A DNA stretch of 64,000 nt from Mustelus asterias. Taxonomy: Eukaryota. Within the stretch, counting starts at the first letter, position 1. Every line of letters begins with the position of its first letter. Location of the stretch: the NCBI RefSeq assembly GCF_964213995.1, contig NC_135808.1, positions 21,638,001-21,702,000 on the forward strand, read 5' to 3'. This document shows positions 46,601-57,534 of this stretch, in pieces. The notes below the pieces were generated by a model, which saw nothing but the letters and a program-made list of their open reading frames with translations, did no database searches and had not been told where the DNA came from. The translations under genes were made by a program, and so were the position numbers.

Positions 46601-47814
46601 TGAAGGCTCTCCACAATGATCTGTGTCATCCTGGAGTCACCAGACTCTACCACTTCATAAAAGCCCGCAACCTACCCTACTCGGTGGAGGAGGTCAGGTC
46701 AGTTACTAGAAGTTGTCGGATTTGCGCAGAATGCAAACCACACTTTTATCGACCAGACCGGGCACATTTGGTCAAGGCCACTCGCCCTTTTGAGAGGCTG
46801 AGTGTAGATTTTAAGGGCCCCCTTCCCTCAACGGATCGGAATGTCTATTTTCTTAACATAATAGACGAATTTTCCCGGTTTCCGTTTGTTTTCCCCTGTG
46901 CGGACACGTCGAATTCCACCGTCATCAAGGCATTCAGTGAGCTTTTTACCCTGTTCGGGTACCCCTGCTATATTCATAGCGACAGGGGCTCGTCGTTCAT
47001 GAGCAACGACTTGAGGCAATTCCTGCTCTCATTCGGGATTGCCTCTAGTAGAACCACGAGCTACAACCCTAGGGGTAACGGACAGGTGGAAAGGGAGAAT
47101 GCTACAGTCTGGAAGGCTGTCCTACTGGCACTGAAATCCAAGGGCCTTCCAGTCTCCTGGTGGCAGGAGGTCCTTCCAACTGCGCTCCATTCTATCCGCT
47201 CCCTCCTGTGTACGGCAACCAATGCTACTCCCCACGAGAGGATGTTCTCATTCCCTCGGAAGTCGTCCTCGGGGACCTCATTGCCAGCCTGGTTGACGTA
47301 CCCAGGACCCGTCCTTCTGCGGCGCCATGTGAGGGCTCGCAAGTCCGACCCCTTGGTCGAACCGGTCCAACTCCTCCACGCCAACCCTCAGTATGCCTAT
47401 GTGGCATATCCTGACGGGCGAGAGGACACTGTCTCCATTAGAGACCTGGCGCCCGCAGGGGACGTAGCAACTCCTGTCGCTCCTATTCCCCCAGTCACAG
47501 ATCCACTACTCCTCATTACTTCCCCAGACGTGGCGCGGTCAGCACCGGGACCAGTGCATAACACTTTTACTCCCATGTACAGCTTGCCTGAGACTCGGAG
47601 ATCGGCGCCACCATCATCACCACCACCACCACCACCAAACGTTCCAGGATCCCCTACACCATCGCCTCATCAGGGCCGGCCGGCCCGGGAGTCTTTGAGG
47701 GGACAGCCAGATGTTGCTTTGAGAGAGCCACCGCAAGCACCTGCTCCGGTTTCGCAACCGGTGTTGAGAAGATCGCAGCGTCGGTGTGGTCCTCCAGACC
47801 GTCTGGACTTGTGA
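43687..47814 (+). CDS. Gag-Pol polyprotein (1375 aa from first ATG): gag with two CCHC knuckles, aspartic protease, RT, RNase H, integrase
   Basis: CYFCGGAKHPRQQC, CSQCGKKGHYGKVC, LFDSGST, IDLKSAYHQ..VPFGV..YLDN, ESDASD, HNDLCH..CRIC, VDFKGP..HSDRG..VERE. Confidence 0.96.
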   Translation: MEQILKPDRLTLDPRAVGAANTFEHWWKCFEDYLAASVAITTDSDRLQVLHARVSDTIYLAIRAASTYQGAVELLKNRYITPPNEIHARYLLATRRRQSGETIEDYANELLQLARGCDCKDVSAEQYMQDLARDAFVAGVGSSYIRLKLLEKGKLNLTQAMGMAVRLEAASKSLALYPEDHVQSTWLEQALLPPRPANPRSQIDSTTAAAPGGQRCYFCGGAKHPRQQCPARTAICSQCGKKGHYGKVCRSKPKNGSAACNPPERRPSLSALQYPRGPTTCDLRTAPSWQTEEEEDHQESLRLEPSATCDSWGRPSWSTTTRSDQQGSSASTSAACSSDQQGSSASTSAACSSDQQGSSASTSAACSSDQQGSSASTSAACSDAQGPTVASISLDQTRHYRLEHSMMEVKVSGRTVNCLFDSGSTESFIHPETAKRCGLRVLPAKQTISMASQSRSVPIQGRCMVTLEVQGTVYEQYRLLVLPHLCAPLLLGLNFMAHMRSVILQYGGPLPSLAVGNQPQPPNCPKRPACNLSTLKITTPSLFKNLVPGCKPIATKSRRYSAEDRIFIRSEVQRLLKEGIIQASASPWRAQVVVVKSGNKPRMVIDYSQTINRYTQLDAYPLPRISDMVNQIAQYRVFSTIDLKSAYHQLPIRPEDRQYTAFEADGRLYQFLRVPFGVTNGVSVFQRAMDRMVDQNGLRATFPYLDNVTICGHDQQDHDTNLQHFLRTASRLNLTYNREKCVFRTRRLAILGYVVENGVIGPDPDRMRPLTELPLPASTKALRRCLGFFSYYAQWVPNYADKARPLIKSTTFPLTPEAQLAFKVLKSDISKATMHAVDESIPFQVESDASDFALAATLNQAGRPVAFFSRTLQGPEIRHSAVEKEAQAIVEAVRHWRHYLAGKRFTLITDQRSVAFMFSNTQRGKIKNDKILRWRIELSTYNYDIMYRPGKLNEPSDALSRGTCAIMQEDRLKALHNDLCHPGVTRLYHFIKARNLPYSVEEVRSVTRSCRICAECKPHFYRPDRAHLVKATRPFERLSVDFKGPLPSTDRNVYFLNIIDEFSRFPFVFPCADTSNSTVIKAFSELFTLFGYPCYIHSDRGSSFMSNDLRQFLLSFGIASSRTTSYNPRGNGQVERENATVWKAVLLALKSKGLPVSWWQEVLPTALHSIRSLLCTATNATPHERMFSFPRKSSSGTSLPAWLTYPGPVLLRRHVRARKSDPLVEPVQLLHANPQYAYVAYPDGREDTVSIRDLAPAGDVATPVAPIPPVTDPLLLITSPDVARSAPGPVHNTFTPMYSLPETRRSAPPSSPPPPPPNVPGSPTPSPHQGRPARESLRGQPDVALREPPQAPAPVSQPVLRRSQRRCGPPDRLDL
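44653..44832 (+). repeat. In-frame 45-bp tandem repeat x4 between gag and protease
   Basis: Encodes (SDQQGSSASTSAACS)4. Confidence 0.95.
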
Positions 47815-47886
47815 ATCCTGTTATTTTTTTTGTCATTGTCTGTTTTCATCCACCCCGCCACCTTTGGTTCCTAAAGGAGGGGTGAA

Positions 47887-48180
47887 TGTGGTGAACCATC
47901 GTTGGTTCACCACTGGGGTTGTTATTGTGTTACTGTTGGGCTAGGGTGTTGTTGTTATGGGGGTTGTACTATGTTGTTGGGTTAGGGTGTTTACCTGTCC
48001 TAAGTGTTATCATGGCACACTCCAGTGGGGTCCCGCCTCCGGTGGCAGGGTATAAGACCCCCTGCTCCGGCAGGACCCCTTCAGTCTGAACGGGTGAATT
48101 TGTGTTAGTAGTTTCATTGTTAATGTATTAAAGCCTTCAGTTCTAAAGCCTTGTTTCCGGGTGCTCATTGAGGTGCATCA
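47887..48180 (+). repeat. 3' LTR
   Basis: Same sequence as 43371-43664; preceded by AAAGGAGGGGTGAA. Confidence 0.97.
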
Positions 48181-48510
48181 CTATTTGAAGCAGTAAAATT
48201 GTGCAACTCTTATCTCAACTCATTGCTCTGGATCCTGGGGCTGTAAATCAGTGAAGCTGCCCTCATTCCCCTGTTATTACCCCACCCGGAACTGCGCAGA
48301 ATGATGTGAGCATGCGCAAACTGATGCCTGTGATCCCACCTTTCTCCCATTGGGGGCGCTGTTGAGGCACTTTCACAAACTGCAGACAATTGGCCCAAAC
48401 ATGCTGATTATTATTTCACTGTGAGCTGCTTGGTCGCCCCATTGAACCCCTTCAAAGATTTGCGTCCTGTTGCCTGAGTTTCACACTACTAACTAGCATT
48501 GTGATTACCT

Positions 48511-49440
48511 GTGTAACTGGGGTGATCAGTAAGTTTGCGGACGACACGAAAATGGCTGGACTTGCAGATCGTGAGGAACATTGTCAGAGGCTACAGAAGG
48601 ATATAGATAGGCTGGAAATTTGGGCAAAGAAATGGCAGATGGAACTCAATCCAGATGAATGCGAAGTGATGCATTTTGATAGAACTAACGTCAGGGGGAG
48701 CTGTACGATAAATGGCAGAACCATAAAGGGTGTAGATACGCAGAGGGACTTGGGTGCGCAAGTCCACAGATCCTTGAAGGTGACGTCACAGGTGGAGAAG
48801 GTAGTGAATAAGGCATGTGGCATGCTTGCCTTTGTTGGACGGGGCATGGAGTATAAAAGTTGGGGTCTGATGTTGCAGTTGTATAGAACGTTGGTTCGGC
48901 CGCATTTGGAATACTGCGTCCAGTTCTGGTTGCCACACTACCAGAAGGACGTGGAGGCTTTAGAGAGAGTGCAGAGGAGGTTTACCAGGATGTTGCCTGG
49001 TATGGAAGGGCTTAGTTATGAGGAGAGATTGGGAAAACTGGGGTTGTTCTCACTGGAAAGACGGAGGATGAGGGGTGACCTAATAGAGGTGTATAAAATT
49101 ATGAAAGGCATAGATAGGGTGAACGGTGGGAAGCTTTTTCCCAGTTCGGTGCTGACGTTCACGAGGGGTCATAGGTTCAAGGTGAGGGGGGGGCGATGTT
49201 TAACACGGATATCAGAAGGACGTATTTTATACAGAGGGTGGTGGGGGCCTGGAATGCGCTGCCGGGCAAGGTGGTGGAGGCAGACACACTGGGAACGTTT
49301 AAGACTTATCTAGATAGCCACATGAACGGAGTGGGAATGGAGGGATACAAAAGAATGGTCTAGTTTGGACCAGGGAGCGGCACGGGCTTGGAGGGCCGAA
49401 GGGCCTGTTCCTGTGCTGTATTGTTCTTTGTTCTTTGTTC
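48511..49440 (+). mobile_element. CR1 3' fragment
   Basis: ISKFADDTK..LVRPHLEYCVQFW..; (TTTGTTC)n tail; close to the 5878-9108 subfamily. Confidence 0.93.
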
Positions 49441-49608
49441 AAACTCGCTGGCCCAAAGAAACCGCTCACTAAACATTAACACGGTTACAGTTAGGCAGAA
49501 AATGGGGCACAGAACAGGTGGGACTGGATGGTCTGCCTGTTACATTCTCCAGCAAATACTGAGTCACATTGACTTTAGTGAACCCTCATCAAATGTGATA
49601 TGTCCTGG

Positions 49609-49773
49609 AACAAAAACAGAAAGTGCTGGAAAGTCTGACAGCATCTGTGGGGAGAGAGAATGGAGCCAACGTTTCGAGTCCAGACGACCCTTCGTCAGAG
49701 CTTCTCCCCCCACAGATGCTGTCAGTCCTGCTGAGATTTTGCAGCTTTTTCTGTTTTGTTTCAGATTCCAGCA
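49609..49773. mobile_element. Short fold-back repeat carrying a hammerhead motif (second Penelope-related family)
   Basis: AACAAAAACAGA..CTGACAGCATCTGTGGGG inverted against CCCCACAGATGCTGTCAG..TCTGTTTTGTT. Confidence 0.75.
49664..49702 (-). ncRNA. Minimal type I hammerhead ribozyme motif
   Basis: AGCU-CUGACGA-A-GGGUC-GUCUG-GACUC-GAAACGUU-GGCU: intact core, 5-bp stem II, 4-bp stem I, palindromic AACGUU stem III. Confidence 0.8.
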
Positions 49774-49889
49774 GTATGTTGCTTCTATCTCAGTGATTTG
49801 TCCTGTCGTGTGTTGCTGCCCATGTCCAGCGTGGCCAGTTCCAGCACGGAACAATTTGCAGGATTGGAAATCACGCCACTAATCCTTCC

Positions 49890-50850
49890 TTCGTAAGATA
49901 CAGGAGCAGAATTAGACCATTCGGCCCATCGAGTCCGCTGCAACATTCGATCGTGGCTGATATGCTCCTCATCCCCATTTTCCTGCCTTCTCCCCATGAC
50001 CTTTCAACCCATTACCAATTAAAAATCTGTCTGACTCCTCCATAAATTTACTCACTGTCCCAGTATCCACCGCACTTTGGGGTGGCAAATTCCACAGATT
50101 CACAACCCTTTGGGAGAAGTAGTTTCTCTTCAACTCTGTTTTAACTCTCCGGGTCGGCACGACGGCACAGTGATTTGCACTGCTGCCTTACAGCGCCAGG
50201 GACCCGGGTTCGATTCCCGGCTGGGTAAGTGTCTGTGTGGAGTTAACACGTTCTCCCCGTGTCTGCGTGGGTTTCCTCCCACGTCTGAAAGACGTGCTGG
50301 TTAGGTGCATTGACCTGAACAGGCACCGAAGTGTGGCGACTGGGGGAATTTCACAGTAACTTCATTGCAGTGTTAATGTAAGCCTTACTTGTGACCAATA
50401 AATAAACTTTAAAGAACTTTAAGTTTGCTACTCCTTCTGCTAAACTATGACCTCTCATCCTAGAATGCCCTACCAGCGGAAGCATCCACTCCACGTCTAC
50501 TTTATCCAGACCTTTTATCATCTTGTACATCTCAATTTGATCTCCCCTCATTCTTCTAAATTCCAGAGTGTGTCGGCCTCAACTGTTCAATCTCTCTTCA
50601 TACGACAAATCCCTCATCTCTGGAATCAATCTAGTGAACCTCCCCTGAACTGCCTCCAATACCACTACATCTTTCCTCAAATACAGGGACCAAAACTGCA
50701 CACAATACTCGAGGTACGGCCTCACCAATGCCTTGTATAGTTGCAACAATACTTCCTTATCTTTATATTCTATTCCTTTAGCTATAAATGCCAACACTCT
50801 ATTCGCTTTCTTTATTATCTGCTGTACCTGCATGTTACCTTTCTGTGACT
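49890..50850 (-). mobile_element. CR1 3' fragment interrupted by a + strand tail-B V-SINE (about 50155-50410)
   Basis: LVRPYLEYCVQFWS, RGDQIEMYKMIKG, FSQRVVNLWNL on the minus strand. Confidence 0.85.
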
Positions 50851-51177
50851 CAATTCCTCTCTTTCGCGGTGGACGATGATGATAATGATATCTTTGATGA
50901 CACCAATCTCCAAATTCGTAGCAGCTTTCCAAAAAGCTGGAAATGGAACACGTATCATAACTTAGCTGCAAGTGAGCACACGTAAGGGACATCTCATGTT
51001 CAAGTGTAATGGGGGTAGTGGGGGATAACTTTGATTGAATGTCAATGATTCCCTGCAGGGATTGGCATGATTTTTCTTTGAGCTGAATTCAGCCGGGTTG
51101 TTTGAACTTTGCTCCGACAAGAAGGACTTTATCCAGGGGCCAAATTGGTTCCGTCTTTTTGTTAATTTTTGTTAATT

Positions 51178-51650
51178 TAGAGTGCAGAAGAGATTTACTG
51201 GGATGTTACCAGGATTTGATGGTTTGAGTTATAAGGAGAGGCTGGATAGACTGGGACTTTTTTCTCTGGAACATAGAAGGCTGAGGGGTGATCTTATAAA
51301 ATAATGAGGGGCATAGATCAGCTAGATAGTCAATATCTTTTCCCAAAGATAGGGGAGTCTAAAACGAGAGGGCATTGGTTTAAGGTGAGAGGGGTGAGAT
51401 ACAAAGGGGTCCAGAGGTTCAATTTTTTCACACAGAGGGTGGTGAGTGTCTGGAACAAGCTGCCAGAGGTAGTAGGAGAGACGGGTACAATTTTGTCTTT
51501 TAAAAGCGTTTCGACAGTTACATGTTTAAGATGGGTATATCGAGATATGGGCAAATGCGGGCAATTGGGACTAGCTGAGGGGGTTTTTAAAAAAAAGGCA
51601 GCATAGACAAGTTGGGCTGAAGGGCCTGTTTCCATGCTGTAAACATCTGT
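51178..51650 (+). mobile_element. CR1 3' fragment
   Basis: Same subfamily as 36075-36602. Confidence 0.88.
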
Positions 51651-51828
51651 GACCCTGTTACTCTACTTGGAGGAAATGATTTTCCATTCAGCACTGAAAG
51701 TTGGCAAAGCCGTGGAGTGAGTTAGAGACAGTGAAAGGGGGAGGGGGAGGTCTAGAAAGTTTGCCGGGAGGTAGCGCCGAGGTTGTCAGCTTCAAGGGGG
51801 AACTAATGCCACTAATTGGGGGGCACAA

Positions 51829-52352
51829 TGGCACAGTGGCTGGCACTGCTGCCTCACAGCACCAGGGGCCCAAGTTCAATTCCGGCCTCAGGTTATAGTC
51901 TGTGCGGAGTTTGCACGTTCTCCCTGTGTCAGCGTGGGTTTCCTCCGGATGCTCCGGTTTCCTCCCACAGTCCAGAGATGTGCGGGTTAGGTGGATTGGC
52001 CATGCTAAATTGCCCCTAGTGTCAGTGGGATTAGCAGGGTAAATATGTGGGGTTATGGGAATCGGGCCTGGGTGGAATTGTGGTCGGTGCAGACTTGATG
52101 GGCCGAATGGGCTCCTTCTGCACTGTCAGGATTCTATGATTCTATGAATGCTCTTTTTATGGATGATATAACCAAAGGACAGCGCCTTGGTGACAAATTA
52201 AGTTTATTTAAGTTTATTCATTTATTAGTCACAAGTAGACTTACATTAACACTGCAGGGAGAACGTGCAAACTCTACACAGAGAGTGACCCAAGGTGGGA
52301 ATTGAACCCATGTCCGGTGCTGTCAGGCAGCAGTGCTAACCATTGTGGCACC
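51829..52352. mobile_element. Tail-to-tail pair of V-SINEs (+ copy 51829-52147, deleted - copy about 52196-52352)
   Basis: Family head, V-domain and both tail types. Confidence 0.8.
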
Positions 52353-52804
52353 GGAGGGAGGCCAGGGTTAGATTCTCCGAATGGGAGCGCTGCCATCATT
52401 AACCTGGTTGACGGCTCAATGAAAAGTCTTTCAAATTGGGCTGTAATGCAAAGTGAGCCAGGCTGAAATCAAGCAGTTTGGTTCAGGCAGAAAGTCCTTG
52501 AGTATCCTTCAGACAGAGGGAGATAGTTTGTTGATATGCAAGGGGATGCAAGGTTATCATGGGCAGGCGGGAATGTGAAATTGAGTTTAGAATCGCGTCA
52601 GCCATGATCTCAGTGAATGGTGGAGAGGTCTTGAGGGGCCGAATGGCCTGCTACTGCTCTTAATTCATTAGTAAATGCCACATGGCCACTTATTTCCAGT
52701 CTGACTTAATTAATATTGCAGTGACGCTCGGGATGTTGTAATGCCAATTTGATCGCTGCGGTTGTTAAGCCGCCAGTTAGATAAACTTACCTCAGAAGGG
52801 AGGA

Positions 52805-52970
52805 TTTCAAGCTGATATCAAGGATGCTGCAGATGTCCTTGACTTCAGTTAAACCGAGACCTAATCTGCCCTCCCAGGTGGGTGAGAAAGATCCCATGGC
52901 CTTGCAGTGAAGAGGAGCAGTGAGGATCTCCTTGTTATGTCGTCCTCAAGCAATATCACTAAAAAATATA
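52805..52970 (+). mobile_element. Deu-domain SINE remnant (SacSINE1/AmnSINE1-like)
   Basis: TTAAACCGAG..TCTGCCCTCCCAGGTGGGTGAGAAAGATCCCATGGC..GAAGAGGAGCAG resembles the conserved Deu domain. Confidence 0.6.
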
Positions 52971-53067
52971 GTTTCTGTCTCTTTGGCGATTGGTTGTGGA
53001 AGACACTTTGAGATGGCATGAAGCCATTAAACTAGTAACAAAAATACAAAGCCTATTTATACCATCA

Positions 53068-53380
53068 ATAGAATCCCTACAGTGAGAAAGAGGCCATTCA
53101 GCCCATTGAGCCTGCACCAACAACAATCCCACTCAGGCCCTACCCCGTGAGCCCAAGTATTTACCCTGCCAGTCTTCCTGACTCAAAGGGGCAATTCAGT
53201 GTGGCCAATCCCACCTAACATGCACATCTTTGGAGTGTGGTAGGAAACCGGAGCGCCCGGAGGAAACCCATGCAGACACGGGGGCGAAAGTGCAAACTCA
53301 ACACAGTCAGTCACCCAGGACCGGATTCAAACTTATGTCCCTCACGCTGTGACACAGCAGAGCTAACCACTGTGCCACCA
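53068..53380 (-). mobile_element. HE1/V-SINE (CR1-type tail)
   Basis: Reverse-complement family pattern. Confidence 0.85.
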
Positions 53381-54024
53381 AATGCAGCTTCCCAACAATA
53401 GTGCACATTCAGCCTCTTGCATTCAGGGAATGAAGTCAATGTAAACTGTTTGTACCCCTCTCACAACTTGCCTTTCCAACAAAGGCAGTAATGGACATCG
53501 ATAACAAACAAAACCTTTGCATGAGGTCTGAACTCAATTGTCTCACTTTGATCTAAATCAAGGAAGTAACATTGGCTCTTCGAATTATCAAGCTGAAAAG
53601 GTTTTCCGACCCAAAGTGGTCTGAGGAGGTGATTGGTTCTCTGTTCATTTACATCCATCCAAAATCTGTCACATGCCACTGTTTGCTTCCAACATGCTTT
53701 GATGGATTTCCTTTCATTTGCCATCTGCGATAATCACACATCTTTCTTTTTAATATTATACCCAGGTGAAGGTCTATATGAAACCCATGGATAATCTTTG
53801 TAGTGCGGCCACAAGCCAGGAACATAAAAGAACAGTGACTATTCAAGAAAACTCGGCCTACCCCATATACTTCTTTGTTGTTCCATGAAGCATTGGCATT
53901 ATTCCAATCACTGTGATTGTGTATAGCACTGGTGATGAGATAGTAACTGATGCCATTACAAGGAAGTTGAACGTTCTGGTGAGTGGAAATTATTTAGTGC
54001 ATTATCTTTCCTCTTGCACTTGAA

Positions 54025-54277
54025 AAAAAAATTTCATTTAAGGGATGTGGGCGTCACTGGCTGGGCCAGCATTTATTGCCCATTCCCCTGAGGGCATTTA
54101 AGTGTCAACCACATTGCTGTGGCTCTGGAGTCACATGTAGGCCAGACCAGGTAAGGACGGCAGATTTCCTTCCCGAAAGGACATTAGTGAACCAGATGGG
54201 TTTTTTACGACAATTCACAATGGTTTCATGGTCATCATTCGACTTATAATTCCAGGTTTTTATTGATTCAAATTTCA
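54025..54277 (-). mobile_element. L2-tail SINE, 3' part (head resumes at 56851-56890)
   Basis: Reverse complement of the 11064-11428 family; broken at TTCAAATTTCA|CCATCTGCC. Confidence 0.8.
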
Positions 54278-54289
54278 GTCTGAGGTCAC

Positions 54290-56614
54290 AAACAAAGAAC
54301 AAAGAAAATTACAGCACAGGAACAGGCCCTTCGGCCCTCCAAGCCTGCACCGACCATGCTGCCCGACTTAACTAAAACCCCCTACCCTTCCGGGAACCAT
54401 ATCCCTCTATTCCCATCCTATTCATGTACTTGTCAAGACGCCCCTTAAAAGTCACTGTCGTATCCGCTTCCACTACCTCCCCCCGCAATGAGTTTCAGGC
54501 ACCCACTCCTCTCTGTGTAAAAAATCTGCCTCATACATCTCGTTTAAATCTTGCCCCTCGCACCTTAAACCTATGCCCCCTCGTAATAGACTCTTCCACT
54601 CTGGGAAAAAGCTTCTGACTATCCACTCTGTCCATGCCTCTCATAATCTTGTAGACTTCTATCAGGTCTCCCCTCAACCTCCGTCGCTCCAGTGAGAACA
54701 AACCAAGTTTCTCCAACCTCTCCTCATAGCTAATGCCCTCCATACCAGGCAACATCCTGGGAAATCTTTTCTGTACCCTCGCCAAAGCCTCCACATCCTT
54801 CTGGTAGTGTGGCGACCAGAATTGAACACTTTCTTCCAAGTGCGGCCTAACAAAGGTTCTATAAAGCTGCAACATGACTTGCCAATTTTTAAACTCAATA
54901 CCCCGACCGATGAAGGCAAGCATGCCGTATGCCTTCTTGACTACCTTCTCCACCTGCATTGCCACTTTCAGTGACCTGTGTACCTGTACACCCAGATCCC
55001 TTTGCCAATCAATACTCTTAATGGTTCTGCCATTTACTGTATATTTCCTATCTGTATTCGACCTTCCAAAATGCATTACCTCACATTTGTCTAGATTAAA
55101 CTCCATCTGCCATCTCTCCGCCCAAGTCTCCAACTGATCTACATCCTGCTGTATCCTCTGATGGTCCTCATTGCTATCCGCAAATCCACCAACCTTTGTG
55201 TCGTTCACAAACTTACTAATCAATCCAGTTACATTTTCCTCCAAATCAGTTATATATATTACAAACAGCAAAGGTCCCAGCACTGATCCCTGAGGAACAC
55301 CACTTGTCACAGCCCTCCATTCTGAAACGCACCCTTCCACTGCTACCCTCTGTCTTCTTTGACCGAGCCAGTTTTGTATCCACCTTGCTAGCTCACCTCT
55401 GATCCCATGCGACTTCACCTTCTTCACCTGTCTGCCATGAGGGACCTTGGCAAAGGCCTTACTGAAGTCCATGTAGACAACATCCACTGCCCTACCCTCA
55501 TCAATCATCTTCGTCACTTCCTCGAAAAACTCGATCAAGTTCGTGAGACACGACCCCCCCGTCACAAAACCATGTTGCCTGTCACTAATACGTCCACTTA
55601 GTTCCAAGTGGGGATAAATCCTTTCTCGAAGAATCTTCTCCAATAATTTCGCTACCACTGATGTAAGGCTCACCAGCCTGTAATTACCTGGATTATTCCT
55701 GCTGCCTTTCTTAAACAAAGGAACAACATTGGCTGTTCTCCAATTCTCTGGGACCTCCCCTGTAACCAGTGAGGATACAAAGATTTCTCTCAAGGCCCCA
55801 GCAATTTCCTCCCTTGCCTCTCTCAGTATTCTGCGGTATATCCCATCAGGCCCTGGGGACTTGTCTACCTTAATGTTTCTCAAGAACCCCAATACCTCCT
55901 CCTTTTTGATCTCAACATGACTCAAACTATCTACACATCCTTTCCCAGACTCATCATCCACCAATTCCTTCTCTTTGGTGAATACTGATGCAAAGTACTC
56001 ATTTAATACCGCGCCCATTTCCTCTGGCTCCACGCATAGATTCCCTCCCTTGTCCTTGAGTGGGCCAACCCACGCCCTGGCTACTCTCTTTCTCTTTAGA
56101 TATGTGTAAAAAGCCTTGGGATTTTCCTTAATCCTCCTGGCCAATGCTTTTTCATGCCCCCTTTTAGCCCTTCTTACTCAAGTTTCTTTCTATTTTCCTT
56201 GTATTCCACACTTGCTTCGTGTGTTCCCAGCCTCCTAGCTTTGACAAATGCTTCCTTTTTCTCTTTGGCTAGGCTCACAATACCTCTCGTTATCCAAGGT
56301 TCCCAAAACTTGCCATACTTATCCTTCATCCTTACAGGAATGTGCCGGTTTTGAATCCCTATCAACTTACTCTTGAAAGCCTCCCACATGCCAGATGTTG
56401 ATTTGCCATCAAACATCTGTCCCCAATCTACATTCTTCAGTTCCTGCCCAATAGTGTTGTAATTAGCATTCCCCCAATTTAGCACCTTAACTTGAGGACG
56501 ACACTTATCTTTATCCATCAGTACCTTAAAGCTTATTGAATTGTGGTCACTGTTCCCGAACTGCTCCCCAACTGAAACATCGACCACCTGGCCGGGCTCA
56601 TTCCCCAATACCAG
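54290..56614 (-). mobile_element. 5'-truncated CR1 ORF2
   Basis: ORFs 56174-56608 and 54531-56144 (SDHN, KSPGPDG, GVPQGSVLGP, FVND for FADD); (TTTGTTC)n tail. Confidence 0.95.
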
Positions 56615-56615
56615 T

Positions 56616-56850
56616 TACCAACCGACTCAAGAACAGCTTCTTCCCTGCTGCTGTCAACCTTTTGAATGGACCTACCTCACATTAAGTTGATTTTTGTCTA
56701 CACCCTGGCTATGACGGGAACACTACATTCTGCACTCTCTCCTTTCCTTCTCTATGAACGGTATGCTTTGTCTGTGTAGCGCGCAAGAAGCAATACTTTT
56801 CACTGTATGTTAATACATATGACAATAATAAATCAAATCAACTCAAATCA
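56616..56850 (+). mobile_element. Rex1/Babar-like LINE 3' fragment (first 12 nt at 54278-54289)
   Basis: Matches 63346-63589 including the GACAATAATAAATCAAATC tail. Confidence 0.8.
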
Positions 56851-57107
56851 CCATCTGCCATGGTGGGATTCGAACCTGGATCCCCAGAGAGTTACAGAAT
56901 CACAGAATTGCAGAATCATAGAATACCACAGTGCAGAAGTGGCCCTTTAGCCCATCGAGTCTGCACCGACGCATGAAATGCCTTGCCCTGCCCACCTAAT
57001 CCCACTTGCCAGCACTTGGCCCATAGCCTTGAATGTTATGGCGTGCCAAGTACTCATCTCGGTACTTTTTAAAGGATGTGAGGTATCCCGCCTCCACAAC
57101 CCTCCCA

Positions 57108-57525
57108 TTTGATTTGATTTGATTTATTATTTCACACGTATTAATATACATTGAAAAGTATGTTTTTTGTGTGCTATACAGACAAAGCATACCGTTCATA
57201 GAGAAGGAAAAGAGAGAGTGCAGAATGTAGGGTTACAGTCAAAGCTAGGGTGTAGAGAACGATCAACATAATGCGAGGTTGATCTATTCAAAAGTCTGAT
57301 GGCAGCAGGGAAGAAAGTGTTTTCGAGTCAGTTGGTGCGTGTCCTCAGACTTTTGCATCTTTTTCCCGACGGAAGAAGGTGGAAGAGAGAATGTCCGGGC
57401 TGCGTGGAGTCCTTCATTATGCTGGCTGCTTTTACGAGGCAGCAGGAAGTGTAGACAGTGTCAATGGGTGGGAGGCTGGTTTGAGTGTTGGATCGGCTTC
57501 GTTCACGACCCTTTGTAGTTTCTTC
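57108..57525 (-). mobile_element. Rex1/Babar-like LINE 3' fragment
   Basis: TQTSLPPIDTVYTSCCL..HSLFHLLPSGKR; (ATCAA)n tail. Confidence 0.8.
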
Positions 57526-57534
57526 TGTAGGCAA

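Larger units (their letters stand above)
43371..48180 (+). mobile_element. Intact full-length Ty3/Gypsy LTR retrotransposon
   Basis: TG..CA LTRs 43371-43664 and 47887-48180 (294 bp, identical by eye), 5-bp TSD CTATT, polypurine tract 47873-47886, single gag-pol ORF. Confidence 0.98.

Noticed and set aside
56600-56630. Head-to-head CR1/Rex chimera formed in one integration event
   Set aside because: The first 12 nt of the Rex-like fragment lie on the other side of the CR1 (54278-54289), so this is simple nesting
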